Shown: positions 45,713-55,349 of the stretch, one piece after another
How the letters are laid out: every line of letters starts with the position of its first letter
Position numbering within the stretch: position 1 is the first letter of the stretch
NCBI GenBank assembly: GCA_036490655.1
Contig: DASXDM010000029.1
Location: 146,670 to 210,669 of the forward strand
Length of the DNA: 64,000 nucleotides
Reading direction: 5' to 3'
Source of the DNA: Verrucomicrobiia bacterium
GTDB taxonomy: Bacteria > Verrucomicrobiota > Verrucomicrobiia > Limisphaerales > UBA11358
Position numbers and translations under genes: made by a program
Notes under the pieces: model-generated
The model's database searches: none
Seen by the model: only the letters and a program-made list of their open reading frames with translations
What the model was told of the DNA's origin: nothing

Positions 45713-46879
45713 ATGACACTTCAGGAACTTTCCGCCCGGGTCTCCGCCGACTTCCAAAAGAAATATGGTCGCCCTGCCCGCTGGCTGGTCGCCGCGCCCG
45801 GCCGCGTCAATGTCATCGGCGAACACACGGATTATAACGACGGCTTCGTCCTGCCCATGGCGATCGAACGCTACGCGGTGATGGCTGCCGACCTTTCCCC
45901 ATCCTCGACGATTTCGATTTACGATTCGCACGCCAAAGCGAGCGCCCAGATTAATGTTTCCAAAGAGGTCACCAAGGGTGAACCGAAATGGTCTAATTAC
46001 GTTCGCGGAGTGATCGCGGGATTTCAGAATCGCGGGCTGGCGATCCCCGCACTCGATGTTGTCCTGGAATCTACCGTGCCGCTGGGCGGCGGTTTGAGCA
46101 GCAGCGCCGCGCTCGAAGTCTGTACCGCCACGTTGCTGGAAACAGCGATCGGCGCCCCGATGGATCCTGTTGAGAAAGCATTGCTGTGCCAGAAGGCCGA
46201 GCATGAATTTGCCGGTGTCCCCTGCGGCATCATGGACCAGTTCATTTCTGTCATGGGCCGGGAAGGCCAATTGCTGTTGCTCGATTGCCGCACCCGCAAA
46301 ACCGAGTTGGTCCCGATGAACGATCCATCGGTCGGCATCCTCGTCATCAATTCCAATGTCCGGCACGAATTGGGCAGCGGTGAATACGCCAAACGGCGCT
46401 CTGAATGCGAGGCTGCGGCAAAGGTCCTGGGAGTGAGCTCACTCCGCGATGCCACCGCCGACGCTCTCGAAGCTGCCCAAGGCCGAATGGACAACGTGAA
46501 TTTCCGTCGCGCCCGGCATGTCATCGGCGAGATCGAGCGCACTGTGCATGCGGCGGAAGGCTGTCGCGAATCAAATTGGACGGCAGTCGGCCAATTGATG
46601 TACGCCAGCCATTATTCCCTGCGCGACGATTACGAGGTCAGTTGCCCTGAACTCGATGCCATCGTGGAGATCGCCGAGTCCATTGGCACCCGGGGCGGTG
46701 TGTTTGGCTGCCGCATGACGGGTGGAGGTTTTGGCGGCTGTTGTGTGGCGCTGGTGAAGACTGACGCCGTGGATGGGATTTCCAAAATCATTGCAGAAGA
46801 ATATAAAAAGAAAACCGGCGTGGAAGCTTCGCTCTTCATGTCGCGTCCGGCAGCGGGTGCGACGGTTTTGAAGGGTTAG
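45713..46879 (+). CDS. galK: Galactokinase
   Basis: ATG at 45713 (MTLQELSARV...). It carries the galactokinase signature GRVNVIGEHTDYNDGFVLPMAI and the GHMP kinase motif PLGGGLSSSAAL. The longer track ORF from 45533 runs through repeat module D. Confidence 0.92.
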   Translation: MTLQELSARVSADFQKKYGRPARWLVAAPGRVNVIGEHTDYNDGFVLPMAIERYAVMAADLSPSSTISIYDSHAKASAQINVSKEVTKGEPKWSNYVRGVIAGFQNRGLAIPALDVVLESTVPLGGGLSSSAALEVCTATLLETAIGAPMDPVEKALLCQKAEHEFAGVPCGIMDQFISVMGREGQLLLLDCRTRKTELVPMNDPSVGILVINSNVRHELGSGEYAKRRSECEAAAKVLGVSSLRDATADALEAAQGRMDNVNFRRARHVIGEIERTVHAAEGCRESNWTAVGQLMYASHYSLRDDYEVSCPELDAIVEIAESIGTRGGVFGCRMTGGGFGGCCVALVKTDAVDGISKIIAEEYKKKTGVEASLFMSRPAAGATVLKG

Positions 46880-47002
46880 CAGGCAGTATGTCACCGGAAT
46901 GGCTCGCGAGGACGCTCGCCCCACCAGGCCTTCCGTTTTCCCTGCTTCCTCCTGGTAAATCATCTCCGCGCTGAGGACTTATGGGAGTTGAGCCCATGAA
47001 TC

Positions 47003-47103
47003 ATTTCCTCCGCCCCGTTGGGGCGGATTGTCTCTTTTGAATTTCTATCCACGGGTTGCGCTGCGCTCCACCCGTGGCTACCAGCCTACATCCCCTCGGG
47101 ATG
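47003..47103. repeat. 100-nt repeat module E, copy 2
   Basis: Direct copy of 32381-32480, roughly nine in ten positions identical by eye. Confidence 0.8.
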
Positions 47104-47348
47104 ATGAGGGCGAGTCTGTCAGCACAACTTTGCAAGGAATCGCAGTTTGCATAGATCACATGCTGCGCCGCATTCCGGATGCCCCCTCACCCCGTCCCTC
47201 TCCCCCGAGGGGGAGAGGGTGAACGCTCTCTGTGGGGCTAACAGGCTGCTTCCATTCGAAATGATGTGGATGATGGGTTGGTTCAGAAAGCGGCAGAGGA
47301 CTGCGCAGTCCACAACCTCGCGGAATTTTGGTGCGGGCTTTTTCGAGG

Positions 47349-50300
47349 TTACGGACTGACGAGGCGATAGAACATCGCGTTATTGGTCGTGCTGTTGGTG
47401 ACGAGGTTGTGGTTGGTGATCGTCAAGAGGAGGTTGGTGACTGCGATCCAGTTGGCGGGAACAAGATTGGTGCTGGCGAGCAAGCGATAGGTGCTGGTCG
47501 GCACCGGCCAATTCAAAATCCGGTTCTGGCCGGCGCTGGTGATGGCCAGGGATGGAATGGTGACCTGGGCCACGTGCCCGACGCGAATGGTGTAATTGAA
47601 GGTGTCATCGAGATAAATATTTCCGAAGGGATCGAGCGCGATGCCGTAGGGATAATTAAAGCCGGCGGCGGTGTAAAAGCCATCCGCAGAACCGTAGCTC
47701 CCGGCAAGAGTGGTGACCGCGCCGTTGGTGGCGATTAACCGGATCACGTCATTGCCATCGTCGGCGACATAAAGATTGCCGGCTGAATCGGAGACCAAGG
47801 CGTAGGGCTGGCCTAAAATGGCATTGGTGCCCATGCCATCGCTATGCCCATAAATGCCCGCCTGCCCGGCAATGGTGGTGACAATCCAGTTGGTTCCCGT
47901 GGAATCTTTGGTGAGTTTGCGCACAGTGTCATTGCCGGTATCCGCCACGTAAACATTGCCCGCGGGATCGCAGGCCAGGCCGGTCGGTTGATTAAATCGG
48001 GCCTGGCTGTTGGTGCCATCCGCGCTGCCGGGCTGGCCGGGCGAACCGGCAATGGTGGTCACGGCCCAACTGGAGGTGGCCCCAATGCGGGAGATTTTGC
48101 GGATGACATTGCTGTTGTTATCGGAGACGTAGATATTGGTGAGGCTATCCACCGCAATGCCCCAGGGTCCGGAGAATACGGCATTGGCATTGGTGCCATC
48201 TGCCCAACCGGCGGCACCGGAACCAGCCAGGGTGGTGATCGCTCCCCCGGGAGCTACCCGCTTGATCTGGTTATCACCCGAATCACAGATGTACAGATTC
48301 GAGGAGACATCGATGGTCAGCCCTTCAGGGCCGTTGAAACTGAATTCGGGGACATAATAACTGGCGGTGCCAGTGGGCGTGATTTTTCGGATGGTGCCGT
48401 CGTAGTATTCGGCCACATAAATGTTACCCGCTGCATCGCAGACCATTCCCCAGGGATAGGCAAAAGTGGCATTTGTTCCGGTGCCATTGGCAACGCCAAG
48501 ATTCCCGGTTTGTCCGGCCAGGGTGGAGATGACCAGAGCGGCATTGATCGTCAAAGAGGCGGGCGGCGCGCTGGTCGTTGATCCCTGGCTATTTGATGCG
48601 ACGCAGCGGTAGAGGTCTCCGGACAGGCCCATGGTGGTCAGGTTGACGCCCAGGTTAGTGGTGGTGCTGCCGGCAAAGGTGCTGTTGTTGGATAATGGCG
48701 TCCAATTAGAGGTGCCGACCGCCTGACGCTGCCATTGATAGGCCGGCAACGGATTGCCGCCCGCACTGGCGCCAAAATTCGCGGTCTGGCCGAGGATGCC
48801 GGACTGGCTGGCCGGCGTGAGAGTGAAGGTGGGAGCAATGGGAGGGGCGACGCCGAAGGTGATCTGAACATCCCGATATTCATTGGGCGGGGTGCCACCG
48901 CGGTCCACGGGATAAATGGTGATGCCCTGCCCGCTCGCAGCGGCCACGTCCGTAAAAGGACTGCCGACATAAAGTCCCGCGTCCTGGTCGCTGACGCCGG
49001 TGGTGTTCATGTCCAGCAAATCGCTTTGGCGGGTGTAGTTGTAGCCCCATTGCACATATACCCCATTGGACATGGAGTAGTTATTGGTGAAATCCGTGCG
49101 GCAGGAGACCCAGTAGTTATAGGTGCTGTCTTTGACAATTTTGAGCGCGACCAATTCCCCGGGGGCAGTGGCATAATTATTCTGGTCGAAGGCATAAATG
49201 CGATAGGTCCCACTGGTGGTGACGGTTTTGACCTGCGAATCGGAAACCCAGCCCAAGAGGTTTTTGAACCAGGGACAAAAATCTGTCCCCATATTGTTGG
49301 CGTTATTGGCGCCCATGGTATCGAAATCGTCGCCGTATTCAGTGTCCACACCGGAGGGGCTGATGGGATTGCCGTCGTTCACCTGCCAGAGGTTGCCGTG
49401 GTAAAGGCCGTAGGTATGGCCGAGTTCGTGGGCAATGACACGGAAATCGAATTCGCCGTTACACCAGACTTCTTTGCCGCCGATATTGGCGAGGCCACCG
49501 TAGTTGATCTGGGAATTGGGGAGGCTGCCCATGCTGGCAAAGAACACGATGATGCGGTCGTAGTTGCCAATAGTGTAATTGGCGGCGGCGGCATTTTCGG
49601 CGTCGGAGTGCAGGGTATCATTGTCATCGTTGGTGGCGTAATAGGCGGCGGTTTGCGGCAGGCGATAAACGGAAGCGGTCACAGTATTCGTCATCGAAGT
49701 GAGGCCGTAAGAGCTTCGAATGTAATAAGGGGCGATTTGGGTGTCGGCGATGTTCTGGACGGTGGCGGCCGAATAACCTTCGGGCGCACCCGCCAGGTCG
49801 GAAAAATCCACGCGGATGATCAAAACATTTTTTCCGCCCGTGGTCCACGCGGTCGGTGGATCGGGCTGCTCAGCCCCGGGTGAGGCAGCGGGTTCTGACA
49901 GGACGGCGTCATGGTCCAGGGTGATGCCGGTCAACGGCACATCAAATTGGCTGACGCCGCCAAGGCGTTCACCAAAGGCATGCACCCGATAGGTCTGGGC
50001 GCCAAGCCGCACAAAGCGGCGCAGTGATTCGACTTTCGGTCCGCGCAAGGCGGTCATGGCTCCCTGCACAATAAAATCACCGCGCGTGTTGAAAGGCGTT
50101 TCCAGCTCACGCTGGATTTCCGGCGGCAAATCGGCCGCATTCGTGAGGGACCGGCTGAGGGCGAGGGCGGTTTGCGGATCGGATTCCATCAGGGACTTCA
50201 GCAGAGCGCGGCGTTGGCGGGCGGCGGTAATGCCTTCGGCCACCATGGTGGAACGGACCTGAGGATTGGGTTCGGCGTGGTAGCGTTCCGACCAGTTGGA

Positions 50301-50417
50301 AAAGGCGGAAACGGCGGGCGACACCGTGCTTTGGCCATGAACTGGATCAACGGATAAAGTAAGGAGGAATACGGTAATCGCCCCGATCACCGCCAAGGGT
50401 TTATATGCTGGCCGCAT
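47349..50417 (-). CDS. Secreted metzincin-type zinc metalloprotease with Ig-like domain, NHL-repeat beta-propeller and C-terminal FYRL module
   Basis: 1022 aa with the signal peptide MRPAYKPLAVIGAITVFLLTLSVDPVHG. HELGHTYGLYH (nt 49398-49430) is an exact HExxHxxGxxH match. There is one Ig-like module (YQWQRQ...) and NHL-type repeats (P.G.A.D..GN.YV.D..N..IRK). The tail is NRILNWPVPTSTYRLLASTNLVPANWIAV...NNAMFYRLVSP. Confidence 0.85.
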   Translation of the reverse strand: MRPAYKPLAVIGAITVFLLTLSVDPVHGQSTVSPAVSAFSNWSERYHAEPNPQVRSTMVAEGITAARQRRALLKSLMESDPQTALALSRSLTNAADLPPEIQRELETPFNTRGDFIVQGAMTALRGPKVESLRRFVRLGAQTYRVHAFGERLGGVSQFDVPLTGITLDHDAVLSEPAASPGAEQPDPPTAWTTGGKNVLIIRVDFSDLAGAPEGYSAATVQNIADTQIAPYYIRSSYGLTSMTNTVTASVYRLPQTAAYYATNDDNDTLHSDAENAAAANYTIGNYDRIIVFFASMGSLPNSQINYGGLANIGGKEVWCNGEFDFRVIAHELGHTYGLYHGNLWQVNDGNPISPSGVDTEYGDDFDTMGANNANNMGTDFCPWFKNLLGWVSDSQVKTVTTSGTYRIYAFDQNNYATAPGELVALKIVKDSTYNYWVSCRTDFTNNYSMSNGVYVQWGYNYTRQSDLLDMNTTGVSDQDAGLYVGSPFTDVAAASGQGITIYPVDRGGTPPNEYRDVQITFGVAPPIAPTFTLTPASQSGILGQTANFGASAGGNPLPAYQWQRQAVGTSNWTPLSNNSTFAGSTTTNLGVNLTTMGLSGDLYRCVASNSQGSTTSAPPASLTINAALVISTLAGQTGNLGVANGTGTNATFAYPWGMVCDAAGNIYVAEYYDGTIRKITPTGTASYYVPEFSFNGPEGLTIDVSSNLYICDSGDNQIKRVAPGGAITTLAGSGAAGWADGTNANAVFSGPWGIAVDSLTNIYVSDNNSNVIRKISRIGATSSWAVTTIAGSPGQPGSADGTNSQARFNQPTGLACDPAGNVYVADTGNDTVRKLTKDSTGTNWIVTTIAGQAGIYGHSDGMGTNAILGQPYALVSDSAGNLYVADDGNDVIRLIATNGAVTTLAGSYGSADGFYTAAGFNYPYGIALDPFGNIYLDDTFNYTIRVGHVAQVTIPSLAITSAGQNRILNWPVPTSTYRLLASTNLVPANWIAVTNLLLTITNHNLVTNSTTNNAMFYRLVSP

Positions 50418-50908
50418 AACAACCGAGGGTGAATGTTACCCTGGTGAACCGCAATAAAAAATATTTGGACTGCGGACTGACCACTTCGACAGCGTCCTAA
50501 TTTGAGATTGCACTTTACCTCGAACGGCAGCACTACCCCCTCATCCCAGCCTTCTCCCCCAAGGGGGCGAAGGAACTCGCGACCAGTTTCTCCCGTAGTC
50601 GCAGGACAAGGGGCGTGCGCTCTCTTATCAGGACACTGCCACCACTTCCGGCCGGTTGACAAATTTAAAAGTTTTTTTGGGAGGAAAATCACAACCTTAA
50701 ATCTTGTTTCTGCAAAATAAATTTTTAACAATCGCGGGCATGACCACCCGCCAAATCACCAGGGTCCTGTTGCCAGAGCATTTTAAAAAATACTGCAGCC
50801 ATTCGTGGGGAAGAAGGGGGGGAAGCGGTCTTTTTGGGTTTTGGCGTCGTTTCGGCTCCGGCCTTCGCCTAGGCTATGACCCGGCGGGCAGTCACAGGGT
50901 TTTCAAAC

Positions 50909-52710
50909 ATGCTCCCTCACTCAGCCTCGCCAAAACACCAAAAATCCTCGCTCCGAACGGCCGCATTATTTTTTTAAATGCTCTAGTCCTTTTGGGTCTG
51001 TCCGGCATGGCGGAACGTGTTTGCGCGCAAGACGCCGCGGGCAAGCCCGCGATTTTCGTCTGCGGCGACTCGACCGCAAAAAACTCCGGCAAAGGAAAGA
51101 ACGGCGAACCGATGGTCGGCTGGGGCACGCCGATCACAAATTTTTTTGACTCCGGGAAGGCGGTGATCAAAAACGTGGGGCATGCCGGGAGATCGAGCCG
51201 GACCTACTACGACGGTGACTGGCCAAAGGTCCTCCCGCAGATCAAGGTCGGCGATTATGTGCTGCTGGTTTTTGGCATCAATGACGGTTCCACTCCTCCG
51301 GGACTGGGCGACGAAACTGTCATGCGTGATGGCCAGCTCGCGCATACCTACGGCTGGTATATGACGAAGATGGCCACTGACGCGCAGGCGAAGGGCGCAC
51401 AGGTTTTCCTGCTCACCGTCACCACCCGCAATATCTGGAGCAATCCGAAAGTGAAATTCAACGATGCGACGCCGGCTGGTCCATTGCCCGGCGACTACGA
51501 TCCCAGGCAGGACAGAATCGAACGCGGCACGGGGAGCGGCGAATTCACCCAATGGACGAAGGAGATTGGCCAGAAATTACATCTGCCCGTGTTCGATCTC
51601 ACCGACTTTTGCGCCGACAAATACGAAGTGATGGGCCGCGAAGAAGTGAACAAGCTCTACAGCGATCATAACCATACTTACATGCCCGGCGCGGAAATCG
51701 TCGCCGCTTCAATCGTCTCCGGCCTCAAAGCTTTCGACAACAGCCCGTTCCTTCCGCTGCTTTCGGACAAGGGCAAGTCGCTGGAAACCGCCGACGCCAA
51801 ATATGTGAGCGACAATCCCGCGCCGGCCGCTTTTCCGCCGGTCCAAATCAGCGAGGTGCCGCGCAACACGCAAATGGGCAATCCGCCCGCGCCAGACGGC
51901 GCTCCCGGCAACGGCAGATACTTCCCGCCCATTCCCGCGAATCCCGCGTTGCCCACTTTGTGGATCATCGGCGATTCGACGGTGCGCAACGGCACATTGG
52001 GCGACGGCTCCAACCAGGGGCAGTGGGGCTGGGGCGCGCCGGTGGTGGCTTATTTCGACCTCGAAAAAATCAACGTCGTGAACCGCGCCTTCGGCGGCAC
52101 CAGCAGTCACAGCTTTTACACCGGTTTTTTCTGGCAGAATTTGCGGCCGCAAATCAAAAAGGGCGATTTTGTGATCATGCAATTCGGCGCGAACGACAAC
52201 GGCAGCGCCAGCGGCAAGGGCACCGGCCCGGAAACACAAAAGGTGGTGAGGAACGGCAAGACGGAAACGGTCCACACGTTCGGCTGGTATCTGCAGCAGT
52301 TTGTGAATGAAACCCGCGAGCAAGGCGCCACTCCGATCATTTGCTCGCTGACACCCCGCAAGAATTGGACGAGCGACGGTCATTTTCGACGGGACAATAC
52401 CACTCATGCCGCCTGGGCCGCTGAAATCGCAAAGGCGAACGATACAGCTTTGGTGGATCTTTACGAACTCATCGCGCGGAAGTATGAGAGTCTCGGCACG
52501 AACGAAGTGGACAAGCTCTATGTCCCTTCGCCAGGAGAGAAGCTCCATACCGGTTGGGACGGTGCGGTGATCAATGCTGAATGCGTCATCGCAGGGTTGA
52601 AGGGATTGAAAGAAAATCCGCTCGCGCCGTTCCTGTCCGCCCGCGGCAAGGCGGTTGCGCCCATTGTTCTCACTCCGCCCGTCCCGGCACCGGCAGCCAG
52701 TCGTGAGTAA
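50909..52710 (+). CDS. Tandem SGNH/GDSL hydrolase (rhamnogalacturonan acetylesterase, CE12-like); 5' end interrupted by a 1-nt frame discontinuity at a T7 run
   Basis: Two SGNH domains are present, with IFVCGDSTAKN...GWG and LWIIGDSTVRNG...WGWG blocks. The ATG at 50909 encodes a good signal peptide but is out of frame with the main ORF (in frame from ~50977). The frames join if the T7 run at 50969-50975 were T8. The track ORF start at 50704 lies in repeat-derived sequence. Confidence 0.8.
50969..50975 (+). other. T7 homopolymer at the frame junction of the esterase gene 5' end
   Basis: The sequence is gca tta ttt ttt taa in the ATG frame. A -1 slip or one extra T gives ...AALFFLNALVLLGLSG... 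continuous with the SGNH ORF. Confidence 0.5.
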
Positions 52711-52742
52711 TTCCGGAAACTAAAGTCAGTAACAATCACATA
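52515..52742. repeat. 228-bp direct repeat, copy 1 (3' end of the esterase gene plus 32 nt downstream)
   Basis: It matches 62686-62913 with 6 mismatches and no indels at a constant offset of 10171 nt. Confidence 0.95.
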
Positions 52743-52922
52743 ATTACATGGGGACATATAGGGCCAGCCAGATTACTCGTTATCCTCCCGTGCGAATAAA
52801 AGGGTCGGTCCGGAGTATTTATTCGAACATTAATTCATTTTGGCTGCTTGCCTCCAAGGAGAGGGAGAAACGCCCGGCGCTTTTGTTTGAAATACGGTCG
52901 CGGAATCGCTTAGTGAGCCACT

Positions 52923-54479
52923 TCAGCTAAATCTGAAGTAGTCGAAATCGGCGCAACCCGCAGTGGCATTTTCAATCCGTTTCAGGCTGTACAGACCCAA
53001 TTTGGCCCCGATCCACATTCCCTTCTGCGACTGGAAGCGTTGCGGGATGGTGATCCAATCACCGTTTTCTAAAAAACCAAAGGTGCACCAGCCGTGGTTA
53101 TCAAATTCCAAGCGAAACTTCAGCCTGCCGGCGGCGGCTTGAAAAAGACATTGCTCACCGTCGCGGCTATGCAAGACAAGGTTGGTGTTTCCGTTTCCAT
53201 CAAAACGCGCCCCGAGAAAAACAGGTGAAGCGCCCATCAACACCAGCCCGGCTTCCTCGCCCCATTGCATGGCAAACAATTCCAACGCAGTTTCGACACG
53301 GAAAACGCGTGCGGGAAGTTTTTGCAACAGCAGGTTCGGCTGGGCGGTTAAATTGGATGCCGCCAGGTGCGGCTTCAACCGAAGCCAACCCTGGCGCGCA
53401 ACGAGCGAATGCCAGTCGTCGCCATGATTGGCCTGCCATTGCCATTGGAGGCCGAGCGTTGGGCGGTCGAATTCATCGCTGGTTTGCGGGAGGCAAATAG
53501 ACTGAGAGGGGGTGAGGTGCGGTTTGGGATGATGCAGGACCGGCCGGCCTTCTTTGCCCATGAGCGGCCAGCCATCCTTCCATTCGACCGGCTGCAAATG
53601 GGTGATGCGACCGTAAACATCAGCATCCTGAAAATGAACGAACCACCAGCCATCGTCCGGGGTATCCACCAACGCGCCCTGGTGCGGGCCGTTCACCGGA
53701 CTGGCGCCCTGGGCAAGGACAATCCGGTCCTCGTAAGGGCCGTAGATGTTTTTTGAGCGCAAGGCCACCTGCCAGCCGGTTTCCACGCCACCGGCCGGCG
53801 CCAAAATGTAATACCAGCCGTCCTTCTTCAGGAACTTCGGTCCCTCCAGGGTGGGATGTCTTTCCGGTTCCTCGAAAACGACCTGGCCATCTCCAAGCAA
53901 TTTGGACCCGTCCGGCGCCATCGGACAGACGCGCAGGCGGTGTTTGATACCTGCGCGCGATCCGGCGTAGGCGTGGACCAGATACGCGTGGCCATCGTCA
54001 TCCCACAAGGGACACGGATCAATCAGCCCCTTGCCTTCCTGCACCAGGTGAGGTTCCGACCACGGCCCCGCCGGATGTTTCGCAGTAACGAAGTAAATGC
54101 CTTCGTCAGGCATGGGAAAGAAAATCCAATGTCTTCCAGCATGAAAGCGAATCGACGGCGCCCAGACCCCGCAGCCGGGTTGAACCTTTTCATAGCGCGG
54201 ATGGGGGAGGTTTTTTAACGCATGACTGATGATCGTCCAGTTGACCAAATCTTTGGAATGAAGAACCGGCAATCCCGGTGTACAATTGAAACTGGAAGCC
54301 GTAAGATAAAAATCATCGCCCACGCGAACCACGTCCGGATCGGAATAATCAGCGTAAATTATTGGATTGCGGTAAGTGCCATCGCCCTGGTCTGGCGTCC
54401 ATGGGTAGGCAAAACTGCAGGCCATGGCCATGGGACTGGCCCCCTCCCGGGCAACTTCAACTGATGATGGAGTATTCAT
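52923..54479 (-). CDS. Glycoside hydrolase family 43 (beta-xylosidase/alpha-L-arabinofuranosidase type) with C-terminal beta-sandwich
   Basis: 518 aa. YRNPIIYADYSDPDVVRVGDDFYLTASSF, VWAPSIRFH and EGPKFLKKDGWYYI are typical GH43 five-bladed propeller blocks. Confidence 0.9.
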   Translation of the reverse strand: MNTPSSVEVAREGASPMAMACSFAYPWTPDQGDGTYRNPIIYADYSDPDVVRVGDDFYLTASSFNCTPGLPVLHSKDLVNWTIISHALKNLPHPRYEKVQPGCGVWAPSIRFHAGRHWIFFPMPDEGIYFVTAKHPAGPWSEPHLVQEGKGLIDPCPLWDDDGHAYLVHAYAGSRAGIKHRLRVCPMAPDGSKLLGDGQVVFEEPERHPTLEGPKFLKKDGWYYILAPAGGVETGWQVALRSKNIYGPYEDRIVLAQGASPVNGPHQGALVDTPDDGWWFVHFQDADVYGRITHLQPVEWKDGWPLMGKEGRPVLHHPKPHLTPSQSICLPQTSDEFDRPTLGLQWQWQANHGDDWHSLVARQGWLRLKPHLAASNLTAQPNLLLQKLPARVFRVETALELFAMQWGEEAGLVLMGASPVFLGARFDGNGNTNLVLHSRDGEQCLFQAAAGRLKFRLEFDNHGWCTFGFLENGDWITIPQRFQSQKGMWIGAKLGLYSLKRIENATAGCADFDYFRFS

Positions 54480-54628
54480 AATTTGACACGGTTGATATGC
54501 GTGGCCTCATTCACTGCTGATCAGTCCCTCCGGAAGCTCGTTGGCGTTGTAATATTTGAGTACGGATGGATTTTTCGATTTGGGTCGTTCGCAGGTGGTT
54601 TGATTGATTTTGGGAACGTCGATTTCAT

Positions 54629-55105
54629 TTATTGAATGACTTCTTGAAATTGGGAGTTTTTCCGGAAACTGGCGGAGCGATAGACCGACAACCAGGCGTG
54701 GCGCTGAAATGTTTTTGGCGTCACGCCGGTTTCTCGATGAAAAGCAACATAAAATGAGTTATGGCTGCGAAATCCAGTAATTGAAGCGATAGTCTTCAGT
54801 GGCAAATCATGTTCAGTCAGCAACCGCTTTGCTAATTCGATTCTCGCCTGCCGTATAAATAATCCAGGGGCACGGCCAAAAAATTTGCGGAATGCCTTCA
54901 AAAACCCGCGGCGTGACATTTCCGAAGCTATCACCACATCTGCTACTTGAATCGGGCGCGTGTAATTTCGTTCCATAAACTCAAGGCTTCGAGAAAGCGC
55001 CTGATGATTTGGCACGTCCAATGTATCTCGAAATCCGAGGCCCTTGAAAGGGATTGGGGACGGTAGTTGCTTCAATTCAAGCTTAACGCCATTTGCAGAT
55101 TTCAT
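54629..55105 (-). CDS. AraC-family HTH protein lacking a sensor domain
   Basis: 158 aa. EMSRRGFLKAFRKFFGRAPGLFIRQARIELAKRLLTEHDLPLKTIASITGFRSHNSFYVAFHRETGVTPKTF is a complete AraC dual-HTH module preceded by only ~55 aa. Confidence 0.8.
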   Translation of the reverse strand: MKSANGVKLELKQLPSPIPFKGLGFRDTLDVPNHQALSRSLEFMERNYTRPIQVADVVIASEMSRRGFLKAFRKFFGRAPGLFIRQARIELAKRLLTEHDLPLKTIASITGFRSHNSFYVAFHRETGVTPKTFQRHAWLSVYRSASFRKNSQFQEVIQ

Positions 55106-55349
55106 ATTGCCATCAATTCACATTGCCACTGGCTGGGACCCATCACGCCGAACCAATCAAGATGTTTCTGACTTTAAACGCGTTAGTTTCGTCATCGATC
55201 ACCTCACACGGTAAAATTTTATCTATCCGGTTGACCTCCTCCATCATGAGGCATGGGATCTTTTTTGAACCAATTGGACTCATTGAGCCAGAAAAGCAGG
55301 GTGTCCTCACACCCTGCTTTGATGGAATGCAATGTTTCTTAGCCTCAAC

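Noticed and set aside
50704-50908. The track start (TTG 50704) for the esterase ORF, giving a ~90-aa N-terminal extension.
   Set aside because: The extension is translated from repeat-like sequence, including a ...cttcgcctaggctatgacccggcgggc motif related to repeats at 45353-45385 and 63083-63110. It precedes the signal-peptide-like segment instead of forming one. I prefer the ATG at 50909 plus the T7 frame junction.
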